Shown here: piece after piece, positions 1 to 14,640 of the stretch
Position numbering within the stretch: position 1 is the first letter of the stretch
How the letters are laid out: the number at the start of each line of letters is the position of its first letter
DNA from: Eledone cirrhosa
Taxonomy: Eukaryota
Assembly: GCA_964016885.1 (NCBI GenBank)
Contig: OZ024754.1
Coordinates: 3,162,001-3,226,000 of the forward strand
DNA length: 64,000 nt
Direction: 5' to 3'
The notes under the pieces: model-generated
Seen by the model: the letters and a program-made list of their open reading frames with translations, nothing else
What the model was told of the DNA's origin: nothing
Database searches by the model: none
Program-made: the position numbers and the translations under genes

Positions 1-705
1 CATCACGTCCTCCCTAATATAACCATCACCATCACTATCATTATCACTATTATTACACCACCATCATCATCATCACCACCATCATCGTCCTTCCTAATAT
101 AACCATCATCACCATTATCACCACCATCATCATCGCTATCATTATCATCATCACCATCATCATCATCGTCCACCCTAATATAACCATCGTTACCCTTATC
201 ACTATCACCATCACCATCACCATCATCATCACCATCGCCATTAGCATTATCATCATCACCATCTTCACTGCTATCCTAACTACCATCATCATCATGATCA
301 ACATTATCATCATCATAATCGGCATCACCGTCATCACCATCATCATCATCATCACCATCATCATGCTCATCCTCACTCCATTACCACCATCGCCATCATC
401 ATCATCCTCGCCATCACCATCCTCGCCATCACCATCACCATCCTCGCCATCATCATCACATCACCATCATCACCATCATCATTCTCATCCCCACTCCATT
501 ACCATCATCACCATCATCACCATCACCACCATCATCCTCGCCATCACCACCAGCCATCACCACCATCATCACCACCACCATCATCACCACCATCATCACC
601 ACCATCATCACCATCATCACCATCACCACCATCATCATCACCACCATCATCATCGCCACCATCGCCGCCATCACCCTTGTCGCTATCATCACATCCTCCT
701 CATCA
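1..705. repeat. (CAT/CAC)n degenerate trinucleotide repeat
   Basis: Visible in sequence. Confidence 0.95.
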
Positions 706-1065
706 GCTTCCCTATCTTAATAATCTGTTGAACTATGTTAGTAGTTATCAGATAACATCTCTTTTAAGCCACCCCCCACCCCCCGACCCCCCCACACACA
801 CTCCCACTTCCCCCACTCCCTAATTAAACCAATAGTCAGCCATGTTATACTTCGGATTCAATTTAGTTGAAATTCAAGAAGGAGCTCAATACTACGTAAA
901 AAGAAGAATAAAGCTAGGTAATCCCTGGGCTTATATAGACGGAAACGATATATCTGGTGGGAGGGGGAGCTACATTCCGATATGTTGTAGTCAAGGGCTA
1001 AACAACAGTACACTGACTAATGACATATACACACGTTCACATAGACATAGATATATATACATGCA

Positions 1066-1096
<31 letters not shown>

Positions 1097-1590
1097 TAGG
1101 TATGTATATATTGATAGGTATGTATATATATATGTGTGTATGGATACACACACACTCACACACACACATACACACACACATATACACACACACATATATA
1201 TACACATACATAAATACATATATATATGTATGTATATATATATATAAATACACACAGCAAAAGACATATGTATGTGTGTGTGTATATGTATGTATATATA
1301 CACACAGAAAAACACACAAACAATAATCTACAGCTTATATATATATATAGCTTATTTTTGTTGTCTCAATATCAAGTGAGAAACGGATGATGGACTGAAA
1401 ATATTCTGAAACTCTGATGTGTGGCGATCTCACGCGACTTCCAAGATAGAGATGTGACATGATCACACCTTAAAATGTTCATAGTGAAACTCATATTGGT
1501 ATATAATACTCATAGTGAAACTCATATTGGTATATATATAAGAGGTGTATATACCTCTTATATATATATATACACCCCATATACACCTCT

Positions 1591-1630
<40 letters not shown>

Positions 1631-1632
1631 TA

Positions 1633-1814
1633 TAACGAAGCAAATGTGGTAAGGAACCAGATGGACCATAACGCACCAAAGTACTCAATACTTAGGGTAG
1701 TAGAGTGGGTATTAGGAACGAGTAGGACCCCGACGGCTGACCTCAAGCCGTTTCGACGGCTAATTCTGGCCGTCGAAACGGCTAGAGCTCAGCCGTCGGG
1801 GTCCTACTCGTTCC
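1633..1814 (-). mobile_element. (TA)n-inserted fold-back element, family C (PLE-terminus-like, half hammerhead)
   Basis: TAACGAAGxAAATGTGGTAAGGAACC...GTACTCAATAC... plus terminal inverted repeat; five copies in the window. Confidence 0.75.
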
Positions 1815-1885
1815 TATATATATATATATATATAAAAACACACACACACACACACGAAGTTTCATTTACATGTATTTTATTATTA

Positions 1886-2070
1886 TGGCAGTATCGGTAG
1901 AGCGTCTAACGCCATGCTTTGCATCATAGAGTTATGGCCCTTTACGGTTTGTGTTCAAATTCCGCCGAGGTTAACTTTGCCTTTGATCCTTACGGGGTCG
2001 ATAAAATAAAGTACCAGTAATACACTGGGGTAATTGCTGGCCTTATGCCAAAAGTAGAAACAATTATTAT
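1886..2070 (+). mobile_element. tRNA-derived SINE (family 1)
   Basis: A box TGGCAGTATCGG, B box GTTCAAATYCC, core CCTTTCATCCTTACGGGGTCGATAAAATAAAGTACC, (TTA)n tail. Confidence 0.85.
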
Positions 2071-2802
2071 TATTGCTATTATATATACATGAAGTTTCGT
2101 TTACATGTATTTAGTATTTTATTGTATATCGACTTGTTACGCGCGTTACGCAGAGGATTGGGTCAGGGTCACCCATAGAAGTAATGGATCTGACTAAATT
2201 ATCGATTTGCTCTTCAGTCTGGCGATCCGACAACAAATATAGTGTTTGTTGTAATTTGTGAGACGGAGGGTAGTAAAAGTAAGTAGTATTTATAGTGGTA
2301 ATAGTAATAGTGGTAATAGTAATAGTGGTAATAGTAGTAGTAATAGTAGTAATAGATAGTAGCATCGGCCCTATTTTGTTTGTATTGGTTTATAAGTATG
2401 AATTTTCATAAGATTTTCGTAGTTGTCTCTGTGGCCTAGCGGTAGGTACTAGAGACGGTGGAGATCCTGGTCTTGGGTTCAATCCTGGTCAAGAGGTACA
2501 TGTAATCATTTTCAGTTTTTATTTTATATCCCGTCTATTGTTCATCCAACTAGGCCACCGAGACAGCTACACAAGTATAATGAAAATTGATAATTATAAA
2601 CCTACTTTCAAAATCAAAGTTAAAAAGATGTGGTGACGTTCATGGCTTTCTTAGAGCTATTAGTATTATTTAGGGTCGACTTCTGGTCAATCTTCTGGCC
2701 CTTTGATAACAACCTTATTATTCCTATGCGTGTTTAACTGTTGAATTAATTTAATTTGATTATTTTAACAAACAAATAATATATATATATATACATATAT
2801 AA

Positions 2803-3155
2803 ATATAAGATCAAACGATGGTTAAAAGAGTTCCATGTATTTTATTATGCGCATTTCAAAAACAAATATCATCATGGGATGATATTTGTGTTCTCATCAG
2901 ATAAAATAGGGAGACATGATATGAAGCTTAAAAAACACTTGCGAGCAGTGAAGTGTTAAATCAACATGTCGATGAGAACGCAAATATCATCCCATGATGA
3001 TATTTGTTTTTGAAATGCGCATAATAAAATACATGGAACTCTTTTAACCAACTTTTGATCTTATATTATTTATACTCCAGTCCTATAAACTGTTGAGTGC
3101 TACTTCTCCGATATTTGCATTGCTTTATTGTGCTACAATAAAACTCACCTCCTAC
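2803..3155 (+). mobile_element. PLE-terminus-like element with inverted arm (family A)
   Basis: Inverted repeat 2803-2898 / 2970-3066; homologous fragments at 35795-35940 and 60122-60155; (TA)n flanks. Confidence 0.7.
2838..2908 (-). ncRNA. Type I hammerhead ribozyme motif
   Basis: TATTTTAT-CTGATGA-[GAACACAAATATCATC ccat GATGATATTTGTTTTT]-GAAA-TGCGCA-TA-ATAAAATA: 8-bp stem I, long stem II, palindromic stem III, AUA site. Confidence 0.85.
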
Positions 3156-3176
3156 ATATATACACATATATATATA

Positions 3177-3361
3177 TAACGAAGGAAATGTGGTAAGGAA
3201 CCAGGTGGACCATAACGCACCAAAGTACTCAATACGTAGTAGAGTGGGTAATAGGAACGAGTAGGACCCCGACGGCTGAGCTCAAGCCGTTTCGACGGCT
3301 AATTCGGGACTGAATTAGCCGTCGAAACGACTTGAGCTCAGCCGTCGGGGTCCTACTCGTT

Positions 3362-3363
<2 letters not shown>
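3177..3363 (-). mobile_element. Fold-back element, family C
   Basis: Homologous to 1633-1814, flanked by (TA)n. Confidence 0.75.
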
Positions 3364-3401
<38 letters not shown>

Positions 3402-3430
3402 GCCAATCATTGTAAGTTTGAATCTGCCAT

Positions 3431-3495
<65 letters not shown>

Positions 3496-5164
3496 AGCGT
3501 GTGAGTGGGGGGCGTGGGCGTGTGTGTGTGTGTATGTGGGTGTATATTGAGACCCATACGAATGTTACTGTTCTGGATGGAGGAGGATTGTTTACAAATT
3601 CGTGTAACTTAGCTACAACAACAATTGCAACAACTTAAAGTATGAAGATAGAACTAAAAGATGTAAAAAAAAAAAAAATCTAAAATAACGAAGTAGAGAT
3701 TCATTTCTAGAAATACTGACATTTCTAATGTACAGCTTCCAAATGTATAGTGAATATATATATATATACACATATATATATGTATATATATATATAGTTG
3801 AATTTCCTGTCAGTAAACTATTTTACGAAGTAAAAGAAATATGTCCCTTGTGTTTCTCACAAGGGGTTCACCAACCATGCAACAGCTGCTTCTAGTTAAA
3901 CTGTATCATAGAACGAAGATAACACTTCTTCTTCTTTAAAACTGTTGCACAATGAGGAAGTCAAAAGAATTCTTGCATTTAAAACACACAGGAAATTATT
4001 TCTCTGTTGTCTTTTTAACTTCTCAGGAACTGAAGATAACGAGCCAAAATGAAAGATACGAGTGAAGAATCGTATTGTCTTTGTTCTAAATTGTAGAATT
4101 GTAAAATATCTCAAAGATAGTATTATGTTTCTTGTACTGCCTTCTCATTAAAATTTGGGATAATAGGTATGTATTTGTAACATTTAGTACATCATCAGTG
4201 ACTTTAATAGTATCAAAAGTATAGCTTTAACGTGGGTTGGCAAATACTCATAGAAGAAATAACCATATGCGCTTGCTATATTAACAAGAGAAAGCGGTAA
4301 AAGCTACATTATATATGTATATATATATAGTGAAAACTTATATATATATATATATAGTGAAAAAAAAAAAATATATATATATATATATATTTATATATTA
4401 GAAAGTGAGGTTTTTTTTTACAAAATGCGAGAGAGAGAGAGAGAACGACCCCCAGTAGTAAACTGGTACATTTTTATCGACCTTAAATGGATGAAAGGAA
4501 AGGAAAAGTTTACCTGGAATCGGAATTAATGAATACAGTAAAAGATTTTTGAGTTGCAATGAAAGAAAGAGGAGAAAAATAAATAACAAATATGATAGCA
4601 TCCATCAAAATTAATTGATGCTTTATGATATATATATAAGGTTTATCTAGAAACATGTTTTATGTACATCGGATTACTTACTCCATGTTGAAAATTTATG
4701 TAAAATACTAACGTTAACAAAGATTTATAGTCAAGTAGGATATTAATGATAAATAGATAAATTTAATCATTCAAACATAACACACACTCATATGTATATA
4801 TATTATATATATATATATATATATAAACAAATTAACTCGAATATCGAGTTTTGAGACGTGTGTGTATTAGAATTCGTAGGAAAATGGAAAAACTCGGCGT
4901 ATGGAAGCTGTTAAAACAACAAACTACCGTCGAAGTGGCGTTTGGTAAAACATTACCTAGAAGGACAGAGATCAGCGGCTAGATGTGAGTTGACTGGAAG
5001 AAAAGAAGGGAAGATAGTGAGGAAGAAATAGAATGGATGAATGAGAACATTCGAATATATATATATGAGGCCCTAAACTATATGAAATTCGGGTAAAAAA
5101 TTAAAATTTTAAATAACTATAAATATTTATTATTTTTTGTATTAATTTTAATGATAAAGAATAA

Positions 5165-5241
<77 letters not shown>

Positions 5242-6648
5242 CTTGAAGAACAGTCAGATAAAATTTACCTAATTTTTCTTTTTAGTCCGTAGAAATTAAC
5301 TAGATAAATAATCATTTAAACGGAGCTAAGTTTAAAATGTAAGTTTAAAGAAATAATAGATAAATGTTACCAAAATTCCTCTCGTCCTGACTTTCGAAAG
5401 TTTCGCTCGTACTTTGTGGAAATGTCTAACCGTTGCGTTAACCATGAAGTTTCGAGCTTTTCAAGAGACTCCGTCAGTTAGGACCGAAATTTCCAAAGTC
5501 AGATAAAATTTACCTAATTTTTTTTCTTATTCCGTAGAAATTAACTAGATAAATAATCATGTAAAGTTTAAAGTGTAACTTTGAAGAAATAATAGATACA
5601 TGGTTTCGATATTCGTTTATGAAGAACAATCAGATAAAATTTACCTAATTTTGTTAGTACGTAGAAATTATTTACGGTTTAGTGTTAAATATTAAAAATT
5701 AATGATAAAATAAAATAAAAACATATTTAAAAAAAGAAGCCCCCTTAAGATAAATCTTATTTAGCTTGTAGGTAAGTACAGCTCTGACTCAATGGAGAAA
5801 CACTTGTATTTCCAACATAAACACAAGATAGTTATGTATAAAACTGTACTAATCAGCTAAAGTATTTAACTGATTAGAACTATATATTCGTATCTGTACA
5901 GATACAATAGTAGGTTAAACTAAAGCTACGAGAAGTGTGTATGTAAATACATACACATTTGTTTATGTAAACATGTCTTTTTTACGTATTTCTTCTTCAT
6001 CTGCTTTCAATCTATGGAGAAAGTATGTAAATAAAACAACCATGTTTGTATGCTTACATTCATAAATATGTGTATCTATATACACATTTCTCACAGCTTC
6101 AGCTAAAGCATGATCGATGTACAACATGAACTCATAATATACTTAAACTGTTTATTGGAAAATTGAATACTATGATATTCGTTCCGACTCTTCGTGCTCA
6201 AATCCCGCAGAGTTCGAATTAGCTTTTCACCACTTTTTGAGGTCGATAAATAAAGAACCAGCCCAGTAATATAGTTGATTCATCCACTATATTACATTGT
6301 CTCTTCATTTCTGTCATTGCCTTTAGATCTGAAGAAGAGATGGACAATATCAGGTTAAATAAAGGATTAAAGACAAGCAGTATGTCACTGTTTTATATCT
6401 GTGGATTGATCCGTGATTGATTCGTGATTTATCCGTGATAATTTCGCTACAGACTGATCAACGCTCAATGATACACAAAATAAATCTATTTTGAAGTGGC
6501 TGTGAACGGAGAGCAAAGACATCGTGTGAAACTCAGAAAAATGACCACAAATACCCATAAAGAGATGTCAACATGAATGGACCTGTTATTTTCATCTTTT
6601 CCAATTCCAACCCACCCGTCCCTTCAATCTATCTTATTTCTCATTCTT

Positions 6649-6684
6649 TCTTCTGATGAAAGACTAGCTTCCGAAACGTTAAGA
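6649..6684 (+). ncRNA. Minimal hammerhead motif (stem II degenerate)
   Basis: TCTT-CTGATGA-a-agactagcttcc-GAAA-CG-TT-AAGA; homolog of 42769-42804. Confidence 0.65.
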
Positions 6685-6927
6685 CGCTCTTCCTGATATT
6701 TCAAGCGTTAACCTAATATATTCCTTTCATATACTGTACCGATTGTGTTGTTATTTCTGTTTATCTTTTACACATAATAATAAATGTGAAGACTAAAATC
6801 CAAAGAGGGCTCGATAAGGATAAATATATATCAAGAACATATATATATATATATATAATAAGAAAAACAATGAAGTTTCGTTTACATACATTTGTTTTTG
6901 TGTACCGACCTGTCACGCGCATTTACC

Positions 6928-7027
<100 letters not shown>

Positions 7028-7746
7028 ATATGTATTAGTATCAGTTGCCATTTAAGGAACTTCTCCATGGTTCCTGAAAAGGAACGAAGTAGTTATTTAG
7101 TCATTTATCTTACCGTGTACTATATCACAGGATACTGTATATCATATGGGAGTTATAAAGTTCGTGTATGATAACTACTGAGATCATATGTTTTCTTACT
7201 GTAAAACTAATGTAATCAGAAGTGATGTAGGCGTGGTATTTTAGGGATTAACCGTATAATATTTGTATATATAAGCACAAGTACATCTATACATACACTG
7301 ATTCGTATATGTATATACCCACCTCTTTAACACACCTACGTACATATATATATATACATACATGCATACCAATCTGCCCACCTACTTACCTACACACCTG
7401 TCTACCCACTTGCCCATCTACATACTTACCTATCACCTACCTATGTACCTCTATCTATCTATCTATCTATCTGCCTATATGTTTGTGTCACTGTCAATCT
7501 ATCTAGTTACCTATTTGTGTATTTTCCAATGTATCTACCTTCGGACAAGGGCAACAGTAACAACAAAGACCAAATCCCAATAGCAATTTGAAGATAGATC
7601 GATAAATCGATAGATAGATCGATAGATAGATAGGTCAAAGCCATCATAATTTAATCGACATATGTTTGATAATGATTAAAGAACATGTGGAAGAAAATTA
7701 TTGTAATAGATTTAAATAAATGTAAAATAAAATACAAAGATGACAG

Positions 7747-7932
7747 AATTGTTTCTACTTTTGGCACAAGGCCAGAAATAACCCAGTACATTACTGGTAT
7801 TTTATTTTATCGACCTCGTAAGGATGAAAGGCAAAGTTAACCTCGGCGGGATTTGAACTCAGATCGTAAAGGGGCGTAACTCTTTGCGTCAATCATGGCG
7901 TCCGACCCTCTACCGATACTGCCAATCCACCG
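7747..7932 (-). mobile_element. SINE family 1
   Basis: Reverse-complement homolog. Confidence 0.85.
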
Positions 7933-8051
7933 ACAAAAGAGAGGAGGACAAGGGGAAACCGAGCATCCAAGCACCTTTACATAGGATGTTGGTATTATTG
8001 AATTAAAAATGTTTACTATAAACACCATCATTTTTGACGTGGACTGTGTTA

Positions 8052-8114
<63 letters not shown>

Positions 8115-8733
8115 TAACAGATTAAAGTTTAAGCAAAGAATCGTTGCTTTCACTCTAAACGGGATCTTCTGAAATATTTGCTCTTGGGTTCTTATTTATT
8201 TGATATATATTTATCCTTATCGAGCCCTCTTTGGATTTTAGTCTTCACATTTATCATTTTTACTATATATATATATTTATATATTTATATTTATATATAT
8301 TTATATTTATATATGGTTTTTCGTTTGTTGTTGTTTATAAATAATCTCTTTATAACCAGTTCTGTTAAATTAATCAGCGTACAATGGATATCTTTGCAGA
8401 AACTAGAAACACATATTTAATGATTTATGTTATATTTGGTCCCTCTTACTCCTCTCTCTCTACATCACCTTCCTCTCTCTGCCATCTACCCTCTCTCCCT
8501 CTCCACCACCCACCTCCCCCTCTCTATCATCTGTCTTCTCTCATTTATATACCTCACACATATAGAAGTATACACACAACACTATAGAAATATAATAATA
8601 CAGATGTATACAAACATAGAGGCATATCTTGTTCCAAGTTACTCCGTAATGGTATTGCACAACAAGTTCGTTCACCTGTAGTCCCTTTGACAGTTTCACC
8701 TCTCCCTAATAATTTGTTTAGATTTGTTCGGAC

Positions 8734-8880
8734 TAAGCACGAGCGACCCTTTTCGAGTAGTGGGCCGCATAGGACGTGGTTCATCGTAAGGCAGGCCGCA
8801 CTACTAAAAAGATTCAAGGTAATTTTAAAATTAGGCATGTCATTCAGAAAACCAAACGGGCCGCAATTTGCCCCTGACTG
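8734..8880. mobile_element. Older hAT MITE relative
   Basis: Shares GGGCCGCAT...GGCTCATC core and ...GACTG end; degenerate 8-bp TSD gttcggac/gtttagac. Confidence 0.65.
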
Positions 8881-9075
8881 GTTTAGACATATGGTACAAA
8901 AACGAACCATTTGCCAATTCTGAGCACGGGTATGGTTGTTTAGTTAATGTACAAATACATAGAAACATATTTACGTGTATGCATATATATATATATATAT
9001 ATATATAGTAATAATAATAAATGTGAAGACTAAAATCCAAAGAGGGCTCGATTCTTTGCTTAAACTTTAATGTTA

Positions 9076-9138
<63 letters not shown>

Positions 9139-9141
<3 letters not shown>

Positions 9142-9346
9142 AACGAGTAGGACTCCGACGGCTGAGCTCAAGCCGTTTCGACGGCTAATTCTGGACTAAA
9201 AATTTTAGTCCAGAATTAGCCGTCGAAACGGCTTGAGCTCAGCCGTCGGGGTCCTACTCGTTCTTATTACTCACTCTACTACCCTAAGTATTGAGTACTT
9301 TGGTGCGTTATGGTCCACTTGGTTCCTTACCACATTTCCTTCGTTA
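9139..9346 (+). mobile_element. Fold-back element, family C (opposite orientation)
   Basis: Reverse-complement homolog, flanked by (TA)n. Confidence 0.75.
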
Positions 9347-9561
9347 TATATATATATGTGTGTGTGTATATATGTGTGTGTGTATATATGTGTGTGTGTA
9401 AGCTAATAGGTAAATATGTATGCTGTCTACTGTTAGATTGCATTAGATTGAGATACAAATAGAATGGCAGATAGTTTGAGATATAGTCTCCAATTCAGGA
9501 GTGAGTGAAACCAATATCCTGAAGAATTTTGGTGTGTGTGTGTCTATATATATATATATGT

Positions 9562-9594
<33 letters not shown>

Positions 9595-10085
9595 CGTGTG
9601 TGTGTGTGTGTGTCCCTCTAATCCTTTGTTGGGCAAGCTTTCTACGGCTGGATGCCCTTCCTAACACCAACCACTTTACATGTACTGAGTGTTTTACTGT
9701 GCAGATCACCAGCACTTGTGTCTGTGTGTGTGTGTCTGTGTGTGTGTGTGTCTGTGTGTCTGTGTGTGTAATACTTATTTATATCTATGTGATATCTTTG
9801 AAATACATGTTTCTTTATAAAATAGAAAGCAGAATGCCAAACTGAGCGTCAGAAGTTTGTTTTAACACTAAATATTTAAACACCATTTTAATAATAAATA
9901 ACAGATGGATTCCAGTTTGGTGGGTTTGCTGGGGTTTGCTGGGTTTGTTGGTTTTGTTCTTCTTATGTTGTTGATATTTCAGCTGGTTATTTTATACAGG
10001 CAGCTGGCTACAATTATTTTAATTTAGTTTATTTGTAGTTTTTTATTTGGTAGGAGGTGAGGTAGGTTTGTCCGGGGTTTGTTTG

Positions 10086-10146
<61 letters not shown>

Positions 10147-10187
10147 TTGTCTGTTTGTTTATTTGTTTGTTTGTTTTAGTGTGTGTT

Positions 10188-10236
<49 letters not shown>

Positions 10237-10563
10237 TTGTCTGTTTGTTTATTTGTTTGTTTGTTTTAGTGTGTGTTTGTTTGTGTGTGTGTGTGTGTGT
10301 GTTTGTGCATTTGTATGTATGTATATGCATATATGTGTTTATGTATATATATGTATGTGTGTATATGTATGTGTGTGCATTTGTATGTGTATGTCTATGT
10401 ATCTGTATGTATGTATGTATATAAGTGTGTATATGTATGCATGTGTATGTATGTGTGTGTATATATATATATATATATACACATGCATACAGGAAGCTCC
10501 AACCGTTAAGGTTGTATTTTTTCAGAGTATGTCAATATTTATTTATAAAACTAATCTGTATTA

Positions 10564-10629
10564 TATTTTATCTGATGAAAGGGCACCATAATCTGCCTTG
10601 GTGGCCCTTGAAATATGTATAATAAAATA
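10564..10629 (+). ncRNA. Type I hammerhead ribozyme motif
   Basis: TATTTTAT-CTGATGA-[AAGGGCACCA...TGGTGGCCCTT]-GAAA-TATGTA-TA-ATAAAATA. Confidence 0.85.
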
Positions 10630-10754
10630 AATATGGTTTTATAAATATAGTTTCCATTTGTTAATATATTGTATATTTACTCCAATAATTTGTTGAGTGC
10701 TTTATTTCAGTTGTAAAAATATTTTGCTTGTTGTATCCCAACAAATTAAATATA

Positions 10755-10848
<94 letters not shown>

Positions 10849-10973
10849 GGGACGTAGTTTTTTGTTTCTCTTTCCACACATTATCCTCGCTTCACATTAT
10901 TTTCATCTCTTCTACTTAAGATGGCATGAAACAGATTTATATCCGAATGTAAAACTAGACTACAATTTAACTG

Positions 10974-11080
10974 CGGCTTCAGAGATGGAATGGTTACTCA
11001 TCCAGCGCAGCATCTCCCTTACCATCCTCCGGGGAAACGCCTTCTCCATTCTGTCCGCCGGGGCTGTGGGGAGGCCATCA
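10974..11080 (+). mobile_element. CRE-clade-like non-LTR retrotransposon 3' remnant
   Basis: Translates as EMEWLLIQRSISLTILRGNAFSIL, resembling the QRxSxxxxRGNA motif at the C-terminus of restriction-like endonuclease LINEs. Confidence 0.7.
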
Positions 11081-12400
11081 CGTGGGACCCCCATTTGTTC
11101 ACCATACAGAGAGCTGGGGAGGGCGAGAGAGATGGAGGTGATGACAGTGGGATGTTCGGCTCTTCCACGTTCTGACCCAGATCGTGGGACCCCCATTTGT
11201 TCACCATACAGAGAGCTGGGGAGGGCGAGAGAGATGGAGGTGATGACAGTGGGATGTTCGGCTCTTCCACGTTCTGACCCAGCACGTGGGACCCCATTTT
11301 CTCACCATACAGAGAGCTGGGGAGGGCGAGAGAGATGGAGGTGATGACAGTGGGATGTTCGGCTCTTCCACGTTCTGACCCAGCACGTGGGACCCCCATT
11401 TTCTCACCATACAGAGAGCTGGGGAGGGCGAGAGAGATGGAGGTGATGACAGTGGGATGTTCGGCTCTTCCACGTTCTGACCCAGCACGTGGGACCCCAT
11501 TTTCTCACCATACAGAGAGCTGGGGAGGGCGAGAGAGATGGAGGTGATGACAGTGGGATGTTCGGCTCTTCCACGTTCTGACCCAGCACGTGGGACCCCC
11601 ATTTTCTCACCATACAGAGAGCTGGGGAGGGCGAGAGAGATGGAGGTGATGACAGTGGGATGTTCGGCTCTTCCACGTTCTGACCCAGCACGTGGGACCC
11701 CCATTTTCTCACCATACAGAGAGCTGGGGAGGGCGAGAGAGATGGAGGTGATGACAGTGGGATGTTCGGCTCTTCCACGTTCTGACCCAGATCGTGGGAC
11801 CCCCATTTGTTCACCATACAGAGAGCTGGGGAGGGCGAGAGAGATGGAGGTGATGACAGTGGGATGTTCGGCTCTTCCACGTTCTGACCCAGCACGTGGG
11901 ACCCCCATTTTCTCACCATACAGAGAGCTGGGGAGGGCGAGAGAGATGGAGGTGATGACAGTGGGATGTTCGGCTCTTCCACGTTCTGACCCAGATCGTG
12001 GGACCCCCATTTGTTCACCATACAGAGAGCTGGGGAGGGCGAGAGAGATGGAGGTGATGACAGTGGGATGTTCGGCTCTTCCACGTTCTGACCCAGCACG
12101 TGGGACCCCATTTTCTCACCATACAGAGAGCTGGGGAGGGCGAGAGAGATGGAGGTGATGACAGTGGGATGTTCGGCTCTTCCACGTTCTGACCCAGCAC
12201 GTGGGACCCCATTTTCTCACCATACAGAGAGCTGGGGAGGGCGAGAGAGATGGAGGTGATGACAGTGGGATGTTCGGCTCTTCCACGTTCTGACCCAGCA
12301 CGTGGGACCCCATTTTCTCACCATACAGAGAGCTGGGGAGGACGAGAGAGATGGAGGTGATTATAGTGGGAGGTCGGTCGGCTCCTCCACGTTCGGACCA
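11081..12400. repeat. Minisatellite, 101-102-bp unit, about 13 copies
   Basis: CGTGGGACCCC... recurs every 101-102 bp. Confidence 0.97.
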
Positions 12401-12976
12401 TATCCTTGTGGTTGTGTTTGTTGTCCTTATTGTGTCTACTAAGGGTTCCATTTCAAGCTTTGTACCTGTCACTCTATATTTACGTACATTTGAAACTAAA
12501 ACCGTTTTCTTCATCTCATTTCTCATCTTCTTAGGTCACCCTATCCTATTCCAAAAAAATGTTCCTATACAAGGGGCAAGTCCCAGGGCCAAGTCTCAGG
12601 ACGAAATGGATGAAGATTGTAGAAAGGTGCGAATAGGACTTGCCCCATATATAGGAGCAAATTTTAGTATAGGTTAGAAAGAACTAAGAATGGAACTAAA
12701 AACGTTTTGATTTTATTCCAGAACATTCGTTTTGGGTTAGGTTCAGATTTTAATATTGTGTCAAGAAATGGTCGAAGACTTTCTGTTACATTATTTCATT
12801 TTAATTAAAACAAATTACAGGATGTTACAGGGAACGTTATCTTTCAAGTTATGTATTACCACACACAAATATACACATTATATATATACACATATAAATA
12901 TATATTTACATATATACATATATAAATATGTATATATATATATATGAATATATGTACATATATCACAAGCAAACAC

Positions 12977-13048
<72 letters not shown>

Positions 13049-13065
13049 CATATATACATATATAA

Positions 13066-13134
<69 letters not shown>

Positions 13135-13734
13135 TATATGAATATATGTACATATATCACAAGCAAACACTGGAAATTAAATTATGAAAGTAGCTGATGA
13201 GTGAAATATTTATATACACCAACATATGTTATTTTTATACTATATATTTTATACTATATATTTTATACTATATATTTTATACTATATATTTTATACTATA
13301 TATTTTATACTATATATTTTATACTATATATTTTATACTATATATTTTATACTATATATTTTATACTATATAATATTTATAAACACGAACATATGTTATT
13401 TTTCGTCTTGTTCTTTGGGAGTAAATAGTATTTACCTAGAAAGATTTTAACCACAACTAACGTAATATTACTAGTGTGTTGGTTAGGGTGAGAAATTATT
13501 AGAGGAAAACTTCAGCCCCAACCCTCCTGTTGCAATGTCGTCAGCCCCTCCTGTTGTGACGTCTATATTCTGCCTGTTTGTTTCTTTCTGTACCCCTTTT
13601 TCTGTTGATTTGTATGTAATCTGTTAAAATAAACTTAAAGTTTTCTGTTAAAAAAAAATACAACTAACGTAGTTGAAGGGGTTTGATAAACAACTGTCTG
13701 GTTTAACAATAATCTGACCACACACAGTCATATA

Positions 13735-14218
13735 TATATAGATGTACACATACACATATATACACAGGCATACACAGATACACACACACACACACATATA
13801 TATAGATGTACACATACACATATATACACAGGCATACACACAGATACACACACACACACATATATATAGATGTACACATACACATATATACACAGGCATA
13901 TACAGATACACACACACACACATATATATAGATGTACACATACACATATATACACAGGCATACACACAGATACACACAGTCATATATATATAGATGTACA
14001 CATACACATATATACACAGGCATACACACAGATACACACACATATATATAGATGTACACATACACATATATACACAGGCATACACACAGATACACACACA
14101 CACACATATATATAGATGTACACATACACATATATACACAGGCATACACAGATACACACACACACACACATATATATAGATGTATACATACACATATATA
14201 CACAGGCATACACACAGA

Positions 14219-14252
<34 letters not shown>

Positions 14253-14640
14253 GATGTACACATACACATATATACACAGGCATACACACAGATACACATA
14301 CACACATATATATATAGATGTACACATACACATATATACACAGGCATACACACAGACACACACACACAGTCATATATATATAGATGTACACATACACATA
14401 TATACACAGGCATACACAGATACACACACATATATATAGATGTACACATACACATATATACACAGGCATACACACAGATACACACACATATATATAGATG
14501 TACACATACACATATATACACAGGCATACACACAGACATATATATAGATGTACACACACACACACACACACATATATATAAATATATATATATATAGATG
14601 TACACACACACACATATATATACACAGGCAGACACACACA
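13735..14640. repeat. About 60-bp CA/TA-rich minisatellite
   Basis: TAGATGTACACATACACATATATACACAGGCATACAC recurs. Confidence 0.92.

Noticed and set aside
1-731. Poly-His or poly-Met ORFs
   Set aside because: Trinucleotide microsatellite with no splice or domain support.
4027-4166. Possible non-coding exon (TCTCAG...TAG|GTATGT)
   Set aside because: Splice-like signals only; no partner exons or ORF support.
8120-8185. Additional hammerheads (also about 5425-5485, 23150-23182, 24470-24505)
   Set aside because: Core nucleotides are mutated or missing; probably decayed relatives, so not listed as ribozymes.
9906-10040. Short hydrophobic ORF (MDSSLVGLLGFAG...)
   Set aside because: 44 codons in T/G-rich low-complexity sequence; no independent support.
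10697-12677. Overlapping repeat-protein ORFs
   Set aside because: Translations of the 101-102-bp minisatellite with frameshifting units.
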